Shown here one piece after another: positions 9,294-18,516 of a stretch of DNA of 31,767 nucleotides. The stretch covers positions 1 to 31,767 of IMG/VR virus record IMGVR_UViG_3300047552_001713. One strand, written 5' to 3'. The translations under genes and the position numbers were made by a program. Each line of letters begins with the position of its first letter. Positions within the stretch are counted from its first letter, which is position 1. The DNA comes from a virus. Taxonomy: Duplodnaviria; Caudoviricetes. The notes under the pieces were generated by a model. That model was not told the origin of the DNA. It ran no database searches and was given only the letters and a program-made list of their open reading frames with translations.

Positions 9294-10037
9294 TTAAACC
9301 TTGGATATTTCTGTTACGTACGCAAAACCATTAGCTGCTACCCATATCCCATCAATTCTTCCACTGTAACCGCTTGGTACTTCATAATAAGAGCTTGGCG
9401 CCATTTGTAAAGTATAGTCAGCACTTGTAGCAGTTGCTCCTAGTTTTACATATAAAATTGCAGTCGATGCATTAAAAATAGTCAATCCAGTTCTTAAAGT
9501 ATTAGCTGCCTTTAAGGTAACATTAGTTATAGAACTAGCTACTTCTGTTACTACAGTTGCAGTTGAACCGCCAGTAGATACGACTATTGGGTTTGTATTT
9601 GTCCCTAATACGTTTGTTCCATCAGTTATTTTAACCGGCCAAGCATTTGCTACTGTATTGGGAGCACCTTGTTTGATGCCAGTTGAATCGCGTAAATCTC
9701 TTAATGCTCTAAATACATCAGCAATTCCTGGCTCTTTGTAAATATAGAAGTTAGTCTGTTCTGGTTGAGTAAGTGAAGCCGAAAGTAAAACCGTGTATGC
9801 AGAGGCATTAAATCTTGTATAATTAAGTGGGTCGGTTAGTTTTACGTATAATTGGGTATCACTTACTATATCTGCTATTTGGAGAGTTTTAGTCTCTAAT
9901 CCTGTAGCTGAAAGATAACAAACTGCTCCAATTCTTAAGTTAAAAGTACTTGGAACAGTTAATAAACCTGTAGACCCACCATCTACCACAAGGCTTAGTT
10001 TTGCAAATGGAATTAAATTTGAGCCCCAATCAGCCAT
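9294..10037 (-). CDS. Putative virion structural/decoration protein
   Basis: Beta-rich, with a C-terminal jelly-roll-like segment (RTGLTIFNASTAILYVKLG). Preceded by the late motif. Confidence 0.55.
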   Translation of the reverse strand: MADWGSNLIPFAKLSLVVDGGSTGLLTVPSTFNLRIGAVCYLSATGLETKTLQIADIVSDTQLYVKLTDPLNYTRFNASAYTVLLSASLTQPEQTNFYIYKEPGIADVFRALRDLRDSTGIKQGAPNTVANAWPVKITDGTNVLGTNTNPIVVSTGGSTATVVTEVASSITNVTLKAANTLRTGLTIFNASTAILYVKLGATATSADYTLQMAPSSYYEVPSGYSGRIDGIWVAANGFAYVTEISKV

Positions 10038-10061
10038 TTTTCACTCTCGGAGTAATTATAG

Positions 10062-10070
10062 TAAAGATTG
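10062..10070 (-). promoter_or_regulatory. Putative late promoter CAATCTTTA
   Basis: About 25 nt upstream of ATG 10037. Confidence 0.55.
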
Positions 10071-10082
10071 GTATCAAAAGGT

Positions 10083-10607
10083 TTATGCGGAAGCCTTGGA
10101 GTTAAGGATGTTTATTGGTAAAGAACCTGTATTCTCATCTGAATTCTGCTTTAATTGTGACTTACGTTCAACAGGAAGTGGACCATCTTCAAATGATTTA
10201 TCTATTTTTTGGATTAATTCACGTCCAATGGCTTCAAAGTCCTTCTTGATATCATCTGGAAGGGTCTCCTTTGTGGTTTCTTTACACAATAAATCAAAGA
10301 TTTTAAGCATTTTTCTTGATAATATTACTACTGCTACCTTATTTTCTTGAGTAGCAGCTATATTGTTTTCAGCAGTAACTATATCTTCTCTTAGATTACT
10401 GAGTTTGTCCTTAAAATCCATAAAAGAATCAAAGGTTTGAACGATTTTATTTAATAATACAGTTTTGTCTGTTATGTTATTAATACCATCACGGATTTGT
10501 AAAATAGTCTCAATATTTGCTAAATCAAATATTAAATCAACATCTTTTGGTGTTAATTGAATAGCTAAATAATCATCATTTCTAATATTACTATTATAGT
10601 TAGTCAT
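10083..10607 (-). CDS. Hypothetical helical protein (probably early/middle gene)
   Basis: Very AT-rich ORF. ATG at 10607 (TTG at 10619 is an alternative start). Has its own extended -10 upstream. Confidence 0.65.
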   Translation of the reverse strand: MTNYNSNIRNDDYLAIQLTPKDVDLIFDLANIETILQIRDGINNITDKTVLLNKIVQTFDSFMDFKDKLSNLREDIVTAENNIAATQENKVAVVILSRKMLKIFDLLCKETTKETLPDDIKKDFEAIGRELIQKIDKSFEDGPLPVERKSQLKQNSDENTGSLPINILNSKASA

Positions 10608-10620
10608 TTTGTCTTTCAAA

Positions 10621-10650
10621 TAAAAAGCCCAGGTTTACAAGGCCTGGGCT
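10621..10650 (-). terminator. Rho-independent terminator after sheath-tube
   Basis: Minus strand AGCCCAGG-ccttgtaaa-CCTGGGCT followed by TTTTATTT. Confidence 0.75.
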
Positions 10651-10651
10651 C

Positions 10652-10660
10652 ATTATAACA
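10652..10660 (-). promoter_or_regulatory. Sigma70 extended -10 (TGTTATAAT)
   Basis: Perfect TGnTATAAT immediately 5' of the terminator hairpin. Confidence 0.5.
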
Positions 10661-10670
10661 TATTCTGTAA

Positions 10671-10694
10671 TGCTACTGCTACTGCTAATGCTAT
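10671..10694. repeat. 4x hexamer tandem repeat TGCTAN
   Basis: TGCTAC TGCTAC TGCTAA TGCTAT in the intergenic gap. Confidence 0.65.
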
Positions 10695-10706
10695 GTATCT
10701 AAATAA

Positions 10707-11165
10707 TTAAACGCCGTATGGGGTAGCACCTGGGTCGTCATCATTTGGGTTACTTTCGTCATGGACAACTGTTCCCATAAATCGAGCACTTAAGTCCTGA
10801 ATGCCTCTTGCTGAAGTAGAGGTGCTGTAACCTAGTGGACGAACATTTTCTACAGTCATTACGTGCTTATTGCCTTGACGATCTTCTAGATAAAGAGAGA
10901 AATCTTCATGGGCAAGTAGGTCTTGTAGTCTTGGGATAGACATTGTACCATATGGACCATTGTCTAATACACGGAAACCGGTGCATGAAACAGTAACTGT
11001 ATCCATGTCTGTATAGACTAGTTCAGCGGCATTGTAACGCCCAAGGATGTAAATTGGAGATACACCGTAGTTTACTTCGTAACTAGCGCTAGTAAATACT
11101 CCAATTAAATTGCCGTTAATATAAAGACGGGCTCTAGCGCCTGTTAGTGTTTTTGCTTGTGCCAT
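10707..11165 (-). CDS. Tail tube protein
   Basis: 152 aa, directly downstream of the sheath, with a beta-rich tube-like pattern (ARARLYING..IG...PIYILG). Strong RBS AAGGAG. Confidence 0.8.
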   Translation of the reverse strand: MAQAKTLTGARARLYINGNLIGVFTSASYEVNYGVSPIYILGRYNAAELVYTDMDTVTVSCTGFRVLDNGPYGTMSIPRLQDLLAHEDFSLYLEDRQGNKHVMTVENVRPLGYSTSTSARGIQDLSARFMGTVVHDESNPNDDDPGATPYGV

Positions 11166-11197
11166 AAATCAAATTCTCCTTAATTCTTTTTCTTTAA

Positions 11198-14071
11198 TTA
11201 AACAGCAGACGATTGCTGAACTTGGTTGATAAGTGCAGTAATTGGGATAAAGTACAATCCAGTAGCTTCGAAGATTTCTACGCTGATTTCCGCAACTGGA
11301 CCAGTTATTCTAACTGAAGCATTTCTGTAACCAGCTGGCGCTCCATCAGATGAGGCAATTAACTTAAGTCTCTTAAGGTCGCTTAATACGCCTTGTAAGT
11401 AAGCAAGCATCACACCTGAACCTACATCACCAAGTGATTGACCGACGAAAGCTCTTTCCATACGTGAAGCAAGGGTTAGAGCAATTACGTCAGCTACATA
11501 CATTGCTTGAACTGAGTTATAAACGAAGTTATCGTCAACGCCGTATGTAGTTTGGTCAGAAACCCACTTAAACCCGCCTGTGTCAGCTTGTTCTGCTGGT
11601 AATAGGCCGCTTAATAGGGCGTCTTCGACTTGGCTTAATACTTGGTCTGAGTAAGAGCCGTCGCCCATTAATACACCGCTGCAGTTAATGAACTTATTGA
11701 CAACAGGCTTATAGAAGCCAGCTGCTTGCATAGCCGCAACAAGAACTGAGCCAGCCCATGGTTGGAATTGTGTCAATGAACCGTCAAGAGCAACTAACTT
11801 GAAGTCCTGGAAGCACATTGCAACTCTTGAAGAGGCAAGATTTGATGAAGCAAGCTTCGCTTCAGTAAATGTACCTTTCTTGCTAACAAAAGCTTGACGA
11901 TGACGGCGTCTCTTGATTTGGCTCATGGCAAGAACGTGGCTCTTGGCATAAGCATTGATTGAATCAATCGCATAAAGCGATGAAGCATCGGTTGAACCAT
12001 CGGCAATATCTGAAGCCGCATCTCTTGAGAATAAGGTTACTAAGAAGTTACCACGAACCTTTTCTAGTTGGTCGATTGCTGAGGTGACATCTGAAGTACT
12101 TGAACCACCACGGGCACCATTGGCAAGGAAGAATAACCCTTGATTTTCTGGTTGACCAGCTGTAGGAGCAGTACTTACAGTTGAACCTAATTGAACCAAT
12201 ATAGCGCTATCAGCAAGTAACTTCCAAAGAGCGAAGGCTTCTTTCTTAACTCTTCCGGGAACTGATTGTAAGTGACTTGCAATTCCAAAAGTACCCTTAT
12301 CAAGAATTACTTGAGCGGTGTTGTTAGCATCTGTATAATTAAGTGCTGCTTGACCGAATAAAGCAGAGGCAACGCTCGCCTTATAGCCAGTTTGTGCATT
12401 AATATATGTAGCTAAGTCATTAAGAGTCTTAAAGTTCTTAAGATTTAAGCTTAAGTTGCCACCAGTTCCGCCACTTACTGTAGTAGTTAGTGTAGTTCCG
12501 GAGATGGTCATTGTACCGGTAATTCCACTAACTGAAGTTCCACCGTGGTAACCTACTCTTAATACAACGTCACCATCCCCTTGGAATGATTCGGTTATAT
12601 TATCTACAGAGCGGGAAGCGGTTAATAAAGCTTCTCTTTCAGTAGCTGAGGTGAGTAAGTATGGGGTTGCAAGTGTAGAAACCCAAGTTACCGCAGTGGT
12701 GCTTAGGTTAAAGAATTGACTTTCAGCAGTAACACCGCTAAGACTGCAGAATTCTAGCGACTTACCAATACCGTCAATTGCAGGGCGTAGGCAAACTAAA
12801 TCTGAAGTAGCTGCAACGGCAGTTGCTCCGAATGAAACTGGGTCACCATTGCTAAGTTTGGTCATTGTTATATATGACCCACCTGCAATAGTTGAAGAAC
12901 CTGAGGCGGTAACGCGATACCAGCCCGCATTTGTTCCAGGGGTCCAACCACCGGGAGCAGTTGAGGCAATTTGTAGATAATCGCCAACCGCTGGGGTTGC
13001 AGCCCAAACTTGACCTGTAGCTAATGTTAGTGTTAGTGAAGAAGACGCTGCTGTACCTGTAACATTTTGACCGACTAATCCGGTAAGAACTGCTCTTGAA
13101 GTACCAGTTAAGTTAGTAACACTGACAGGTGAATAGCAGAGAATGTCGCCAACCGCAGCAATGTCTACTGAACCGACTGGAGTAGTTACGTTAACTGCAC
13201 CACCAGTAGTTGTCGCATCAGCTAATTTAGTAGCCGAGATGGAGGTGCTTGTAGCAGCTGTGACTACATATGAACCACGGTTATTAGTTTCAGTATCAGC
13301 AAGAACTGAGGTAGCTGAAAGAATTAGTGTATCTCCGGGAGTTGGAGTTACAGCCCAAGTACCTGAATCTAGGCCAATTACAATTGAACCAGATGAGCCG
13401 GTTAGAGCTAAGTTGCCAGTAGTTACGTTACCAGCATTAAGTACGCCTCGGTCAACACCACCAGTAGCAAGTAAGTCACCTAATGCATTAATTGCAGTAA
13501 CTAGCGCAGTTGGGCTAGTTAAAGCCGCTGGGGACAAGGTTTTTAATGAACCACCGTTTACTCTAATTCCTATACTTGAGGCTCCGACTCCACCGTATGG
13601 AATGTAGGTAAATGACCCAGTTGTAGGAGCTACTTCATCTTGACCTGAAGTTACAGTTAAGTTTGTTAAATTACCTAATGAGCCATAGCTCTTGTCGGCA
13701 ACAGTTGCCCAATTCGCTAAACCTGAGCGGGTAAGTGAACCGGAGGCCTTTGTTGAAACATTGGTCTTTGCTAAATAAGCTCTAGTAAATGAACCAGTAA
13801 TCCCTGGGTCATTTGAGGCTTGACAGGCCATTTTGAATGCTTCAACAAGAGGGCCGCTCTTGTATTTTGCTAAAACTGATGTTAGTTCATCGGGACCGAA
13901 ATAGTTATTGACGATATTATCTGACTGTACGTCAGGACCCGCTTCTGCTTCACCAACTAGCATTAATACACCAGTTGTGGCAACGCCTGAATTTGATTGC
14001 TGAACTTTGACATCCACAACCGAACTTGGCTTAATTAATGTACCAAAAGTACCTGTATAGCGTTGTGCCAT
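11198..14071 (-). CDS. Contractile tail sheath protein (enlarged)
   Basis: N-terminal GVLMLVGEAEAGP and a sheath-like C-terminal domain (SDQTTY...FVGQ...YFIPI). Large central beta insertion. RBS AGGAG. Confidence 0.88.
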   Translation of the reverse strand: MAQRYTGTFGTLIKPSSVVDVKVQQSNSGVATTGVLMLVGEAEAGPDVQSDNIVNNYFGPDELTSVLAKYKSGPLVEAFKMACQASNDPGITGSFTRAYLAKTNVSTKASGSLTRSGLANWATVADKSYGSLGNLTNLTVTSGQDEVAPTTGSFTYIPYGGVGASSIGIRVNGGSLKTLSPAALTSPTALVTAINALGDLLATGGVDRGVLNAGNVTTGNLALTGSSGSIVIGLDSGTWAVTPTPGDTLILSATSVLADTETNNRGSYVVTAATSTSISATKLADATTTGGAVNVTTPVGSVDIAAVGDILCYSPVSVTNLTGTSRAVLTGLVGQNVTGTAASSSLTLTLATGQVWAATPAVGDYLQIASTAPGGWTPGTNAGWYRVTASGSSTIAGGSYITMTKLSNGDPVSFGATAVAATSDLVCLRPAIDGIGKSLEFCSLSGVTAESQFFNLSTTAVTWVSTLATPYLLTSATEREALLTASRSVDNITESFQGDGDVVLRVGYHGGTSVSGITGTMTISGTTLTTTVSGGTGGNLSLNLKNFKTLNDLATYINAQTGYKASVASALFGQAALNYTDANNTAQVILDKGTFGIASHLQSVPGRVKKEAFALWKLLADSAILVQLGSTVSTAPTAGQPENQGLFFLANGARGGSSTSDVTSAIDQLEKVRGNFLVTLFSRDAASDIADGSTDASSLYAIDSINAYAKSHVLAMSQIKRRRHRQAFVSKKGTFTEAKLASSNLASSRVAMCFQDFKLVALDGSLTQFQPWAGSVLVAAMQAAGFYKPVVNKFINCSGVLMGDGSYSDQVLSQVEDALLSGLLPAEQADTGGFKWVSDQTTYGVDDNFVYNSVQAMYVADVIALTLASRMERAFVGQSLGDVGSGVMLAYLQGVLSDLKRLKLIASSDGAPAGYRNASVRITGPVAEISVEIFEATGLYFIPITALINQVQQSSAV

Positions 14072-14090
14072 TTTGCTCTCCTAAATCAAA

Positions 14091-14100
14091 TAAAAGATTG
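14091..14100 (-). promoter_or_regulatory. Putative late promoter CAATCTTTTA
   Basis: About 20 nt upstream of the sheath ATG. Confidence 0.55.
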
Positions 14101-14123
14101 GTATTGCTTTGTTATTTAATCTT

Positions 14124-14849
14124 TTAACTATTCTCAGTCTTTTTCAACTCATTTAGTATAAGTTTTAATTCTTTTAAAATTTCTGACTTGGACATTTCTT
14201 CTTTTTTGAAGAATTTGTCCATTTTAGTGAATTCTTCTTCTGACATCTTAAGTCGTTCAAATCCGGCCATTGGAAGTTTAGGCTTTGGATTAGTTAATTG
14301 CCCTAAATTAGCGACTCCATATTTACCACCTAATGAAGCTTTTGCTTTTTCTGGGTTTGGTCCACTTAATCCTGACATTACTCTTTCGGCTGTATTAACT
14401 CTCGCTGGCATTAATGAATTTAGTCCAGGTTTAAAGGCTTTTGAGTGAACTGTTTGCATTAATGCTTGATTCTCAAAATCCCCACCCTTTGGAGCTACAC
14501 CGGCAGGTGTTAAATCGGATGGCTCTGCTGGGATAGAAGCTTTTTCTGGATTAAATGAAGTAGGATGCTCATCTCCTGCTGGTAAATTAGATAGAGAAGG
14601 CATATTAGGTACAATTGACCCAAATCCAACATTTGAAGACGACGGTGGTGCACCTGCTGAATCTAATTTCATTCCGGGTGGCTTAAGTTTGGGGGCTGGA
14701 GCCAGTGGCGACATATTTGATTTAGGTGGATTTGGCTTAATAGCCGGAGGACCCGACAATCCCTTCTTTGCCCATGGGTCCGCGCCAACTTTTTCAAGCT
14801 TATCAGCGAAAAACTGTTCAATTTTATCTAAATCTTTAAATTCGCTCAT
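14124..14849 (-). CDS. Pro-rich putative internal head protein
   Basis: Low-complexity core flanked by LEK|V, LKMSEE, MSK|SE and LKK|TE motifs. Confidence 0.6.
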   Translation of the reverse strand: MSEFKDLDKIEQFFADKLEKVGADPWAKKGLSGPPAIKPNPPKSNMSPLAPAPKLKPPGMKLDSAGAPPSSSNVGFGSIVPNMPSLSNLPAGDEHPTSFNPEKASIPAEPSDLTPAGVAPKGGDFENQALMQTVHSKAFKPGLNSLMPARVNTAERVMSGLSGPNPEKAKASLGGKYGVANLGQLTNPKPKLPMAGFERLKMSEEEFTKMDKFFKKEEMSKSEILKELKLILNELKKTENS

Positions 14850-14851
14850 AA

Positions 14852-17125
14852 TTACTTCCTTCTCTTATTCATGTATTCGTCCATTTTATAGAAATCAGGA
14901 TTATAGAAATCAGGATCTTTTGGACCTACTACTTGTGTTTTGGGTTCAGTTTGTGTTCTTGATGGTGGTCTTGTTTTAACTGAACCAGCGCCTTTTGGAG
15001 CTATACTTGGAGTCTTTGGGAACATCGCCGGAGATGTTTGTTTTGGGGTTTCGTCAATTAATGTCCCCGGAACAATTGGAAGCTTACTCATGTCTTCGTC
15101 ATTTTTGCCAAATAAACCCCTGATTCTACTGCCGATACTTGGCTTAATGCCAGCTGCTTGTCTATCGGCTTGTTCTTCTGGGCTTAATTGTTCACCAAAA
15201 CCAGCAGCTTCTCTATCTGCTCTTTCTTCTGGAGTTAATACTTCAGGTTGCGCTGGATGTTGTGGAACTGGGTCTAATGGACTAACTCGATTAACTAGAT
15301 TTCTGCCAGCTTGTTTTACTTTGCCTGCAGCAGAGCTTAATCTTTCTCCAACACTTGGCCCAATGCCAGCGGCTCGTCTAATGGCCATATCTTCGGCATC
15401 TACGGCTGATGGATTAGAAGGATTTGTATTAGCTAATGAACCAGGTTCAGTGCGCTTTTGTTGTGCAGCAGAGAATCTTCCTGCAAATACAGGCGATTGC
15501 GAAGCCATCATTGTTGGCTTAGGTGGAACTGGAGCCATAGCTTGTTTTCTTGAAACAACCTTGGGCCCCGCCCATTCTGGGTCTAATGGAGCTTGTGGAA
15601 CTGGGTCTAATGGAGCTTGTGGAGCTTGTGGAACTTTACGAGCAGCGGCTCTTTGTCTAATGCCTTCTTGTAATTGCTCTCTTTCTGTTTTTGGAGGATT
15701 TCCCCATTCAATAGGAATATCCGCAACTGGAGCAGGTGAAGAAACTGGTGCTGGTGCTGGCGCTGGAGCAGCGGCTTCAGAAACTGGCTTTGCAGCAGCT
15801 TTTTGCTTATTTGCATTAATAGCTGCTAAAATCTCTGGAGGAACATCTGTAGAAGGAGAAGGGGGTGGGGCCGCAGGTTGAGTTACGACAGGCGCAGCAG
15901 GTTTAGGTTGATTTCTTGGTTTGGACTTTACTTTTTTAACAGCTTGCGCAACTTCTTGTGGAACTGCAGGTGCTGGAGCTGCAGGAGCGGCTGGAGTTTG
16001 AGCAGGAGCGGCCTGAACAGCTTCTTTATTTGTAAAGAAACTATCGTCAGGTAGTGCTTCTTGACCTGTACCCTTTACTTCTTCTAAATTTGACTCAGGA
16101 GTTGGTAAAACTGGTTCTGGCGCTGGTTTTGGCGTAGGGGCAGGTGCGGGAGTAGCAGCATTTGATTCAGGAGCCTTGACAGGCGCTTGCTGTTCTGCTG
16201 GAGGAGTTGGAGCTTGAACATTTTCTGGCTTTACGGCAGGCTTTGCTTTAGGCTTAGGAGTTGGCTTGCCAGTAACTGGAGAAACTGGAGGAGAAGCTAA
16301 ATGTGGCGCTGGAGGCTGAGGAGTTGGTTTAACTGGTTTTCCAGTAACTGGAGACACTGGCTTTGCAGCTAAATGTGGCTTATATTGAGCGCGAGCAAAT
16401 TTCTCTGCATCAGTTTCTTTTTCTGAAGGAATTGTAGCCTTGGCAGCTTGTAAGTCTTTTGACTTATCGTGCGCACCTTTGATTTTATCAATCTTGCCTT
16501 GAATATGGGCTTTATCTTTTGGGTCATCCGCTAAATCTAAGTCCGCCTGAAGATTTTTTAATTCTTTAGCGGTCTTTGGGTCAGCAACTATATGCTTAGA
16601 ACCTTGAGGCGCTTCTTTCTCTTCTTTAGGCTCTTTCTTGGGTTCTTTAGCTTCTTTAGCTTCTTTTGACTTTTTTGGAGCCTTTTTGACTGCTTTTTCC
16701 AAAGTTTCGTCTAAAATTTCATTTTTTTTTACGATTTGGCCACCACTGCCAGTGTCTTTGTGACCTACGTGTTCAGGGTTTTTATCAGAAGGAAGCACTG
16801 CCTTTGGCTTCTTTGTTTTGTTTAAATTCTTTTGGTCAGCTGGATGATTCTCAGCTTCAGCCTTGGCATCGTCAGTTTCGCCTACATCTGACATAGAAAC
16901 TTCTTCATAAGAACTTGATTCTGAAGCCGAAGATTCAGATAGTTCCTTGTGATATTTCTTTAATTCAGCAATTTGCTGAAGTCTTAGCTCTTGCTGACTA
17001 ATTTCTTTAGAAACTTCAGCTAATCCATTGTCATTCTTAAATAGCTCGACTTCTTTACGTAGTGCTTTGGCAACTAACTTAAGCGCCTCCGCTGCTGTAA
17101 TTTTTTTATCGCTACCGTTAGACAT
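14852..17125 (-). CDS. Large Pro/Ala/Lys-rich disordered protein, putative internal head protein
   Basis: 757 aa with internal peptide repeats and LEK|A, FGK|N motifs. RBS AGGAG. Confidence 0.7.
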   Translation of the reverse strand: MSNGSDKKITAAEALKLVAKALRKEVELFKNDNGLAEVSKEISQQELRLQQIAELKKYHKELSESSASESSSYEEVSMSDVGETDDAKAEAENHPADQKNLNKTKKPKAVLPSDKNPEHVGHKDTGSGGQIVKKNEILDETLEKAVKKAPKKSKEAKEAKEPKKEPKEEKEAPQGSKHIVADPKTAKELKNLQADLDLADDPKDKAHIQGKIDKIKGAHDKSKDLQAAKATIPSEKETDAEKFARAQYKPHLAAKPVSPVTGKPVKPTPQPPAPHLASPPVSPVTGKPTPKPKAKPAVKPENVQAPTPPAEQQAPVKAPESNAATPAPAPTPKPAPEPVLPTPESNLEEVKGTGQEALPDDSFFTNKEAVQAAPAQTPAAPAAPAPAVPQEVAQAVKKVKSKPRNQPKPAAPVVTQPAAPPPSPSTDVPPEILAAINANKQKAAAKPVSEAAAPAPAPAPVSSPAPVADIPIEWGNPPKTEREQLQEGIRQRAAARKVPQAPQAPLDPVPQAPLDPEWAGPKVVSRKQAMAPVPPKPTMMASQSPVFAGRFSAAQQKRTEPGSLANTNPSNPSAVDAEDMAIRRAAGIGPSVGERLSSAAGKVKQAGRNLVNRVSPLDPVPQHPAQPEVLTPEERADREAAGFGEQLSPEEQADRQAAGIKPSIGSRIRGLFGKNDEDMSKLPIVPGTLIDETPKQTSPAMFPKTPSIAPKGAGSVKTRPPSRTQTEPKTQVVGPKDPDFYNPDFYKMDEYMNKRRK

Positions 17126-17160
17126 TGAATTCTCCTAAAGAATTTGTTAATAATACTATT

Positions 17161-17169
17161 TAAAGATTA
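17161..17169 (-). promoter_or_regulatory. Putative late promoter TAATCTTTA
   Basis: About 36 nt upstream of ATG 17125. Confidence 0.5.
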
Positions 17170-17179
17170 ATATCGTATC

Positions 17180-18196
17180 TTAGCTTCTACTTGGGCCAAT
17201 TCCATCAAAATTATCGTCTAACATATGCCAGCCCTGTGCTTGAACTAGAGCCAATAATGCATCTGGAGTAGTTGTTCCGCTTACTATTTCAATACCATTG
17301 ATTTTAACTCCCTGAATTTTAGGAGAAATCATCTTAGGCCAGTATTGTCTGCAATATCCAGTTAATGTAACATCTCTTCCGAATGTCATTTCATTTTGAG
17401 ATTGTGGTAGCTGATGTACATACATGGGCCCTGAAGAGGTTACTTGTCTATCAAAGCCACGTTTTTCTAGAAATTCTTGTTTGTATCTATAAAGTATAAA
17501 AACTAAAATACTATGTAAATACAATAAGTTAACTGGATCGCTCTGAGCAAAGCATTTCAGTAAATATGTTTCTTTAAATAAACAGCTTTCAATTGAGACT
17601 ACATAAAAGCTGTCTATTGGCATGATTATTGCGTTTGTAAAATCTACATTTAGTCCGGTTTGAATTACAAATCTATTATCACTTAATACATCTGTAATTA
17701 CAAAGCCTTCTTTAATGCTTGGTGAAAACAAAATTTGATTTACAAAGACTTCGCTAGTTGAAAAACCATCTGGAATAATTACATATCCAGTAACTGGGTC
17801 ATATGTTGGGGTAAATGGACCTAAAATTGGGTCAATTTTGATTCCAAACTCTGAAGATGGAGTTTCTTCACTTACGTCGTAGTTTACATCACCTAATGTT
17901 GCTTGGTCTTCTGAAGAAGACTGTAACCCTATTGCAATCATTGGGAACTTTGGGTCATCAGTCCTGAAGTTCATTGAAACTGAGATTTCATTATTTAAGA
18001 ACCAATTCTTAGCCCTTCTTTTCTCAGAATCTCCATAGATATTCTTTGTTAAATCATCAGTTGAATACCAATTAAAGACATAATCTAACAAAAATGGGTT
18101 ATCGCGTAAGTCCTTGAGACCTGCTATAATGGCGGTCCTGATTAGGATATCTGAAGGAACAATACCGTGTATGTTTTGTGAAGTTATCATAATCAT
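17180..18196 (-). CDS. Putative tail terminator/tail completion protein
   Basis: Position in the neck-to-sheath gene order and a FPMIAIGLQSSSED-type motif. Start is uncertain (18190, 18196 or 18202). Confidence 0.5.
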   Translation of the reverse strand: MIMITSQNIHGIVPSDILIRTAIIAGLKDLRDNPFLLDYVFNWYSTDDLTKNIYGDSEKRRAKNWFLNNEISVSMNFRTDDPKFPMIAIGLQSSSEDQATLGDVNYDVSEETPSSEFGIKIDPILGPFTPTYDPVTGYVIIPDGFSTSEVFVNQILFSPSIKEGFVITDVLSDNRFVIQTGLNVDFTNAIIMPIDSFYVVSIESCLFKETYLLKCFAQSDPVNLLYLHSILVFILYRYKQEFLEKRGFDRQVTSSGPMYVHQLPQSQNEMTFGRDVTLTGYCRQYWPKMISPKIQGVKINGIEIVSGTTTPDALLALVQAQGWHMLDDNFDGIGPSRS

Positions 18197-18199
18197 TAT

Positions 18200-18217
18200 C
18201 AATCTTTAATAAGATTG
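18200..18217. promoter_or_regulatory. Palindromic pair of late motifs CAATCTT-TAAT-AAGATTG
   Basis: Perfect 7-bp inverted repeat between divergent ORFs. Confidence 0.55.
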
Positions 18218-18231
18218 CTTCTATGTGAAAT

Positions 18232-18516
18232 ATGTTCGAACCTAAAATCTCTACAATCCAACTGTCTTTAATCATGATTCGTTTACGAAACGAGCTTAGT
18301 AGTATTAAAATTAACAAGCCTAAGGTTAAAAACATTAAACATGAGTGGATTAGGGCTACTGGAACTAAAGTGATAGAATTAATTGAAAAAGAAGTTAAGG
18401 TCTTTAATGAAGCCAATCCGGACTTAAAGCTGAATTCAAATGATGTAATTGGTGCTATAAATACTGTATTAAATAGGCTATTAAAGGCAATGGGTAAATT
18501 ACCACCCTTGAGCTAA
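18232..18516 (+). CDS. Hypothetical basic protein, opposite strand
   Basis: Fills the gap between two minus-strand genes and has a natural helical composition. No clear RBS. Confidence 0.6.
   Translation: MFEPKISTIQLSLIMIRLRNELSSIKINKPKVKNIKHEWIRATGTKVIELIEKEVKVFNEANPDLKLNSNDVIGAINTVLNRLLKAMGKLPPLS

Noticed and set aside
14940-15881. 313-aa plus-strand ORF
   Set aside because: It is an antisense shadow of the low-complexity Pro/Ala gene, whose codon usage suppresses stops on the opposite strand. No RBS, and a Gly/Cys-rich nonsense composition.
16722-16730. A9 homopolymer (minus strand) as a frameshift or phase-variation site
   Set aside because: The frame is intact and encodes V-K-K-N. Such runs are expected in Lys-rich, AT-rich DNA.
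18099-18416. 105-aa minus-strand ORF
   Set aside because: It overlaps both the 340-aa gene and the more protein-like plus-strand 94-aa ORF, and has no RBS.
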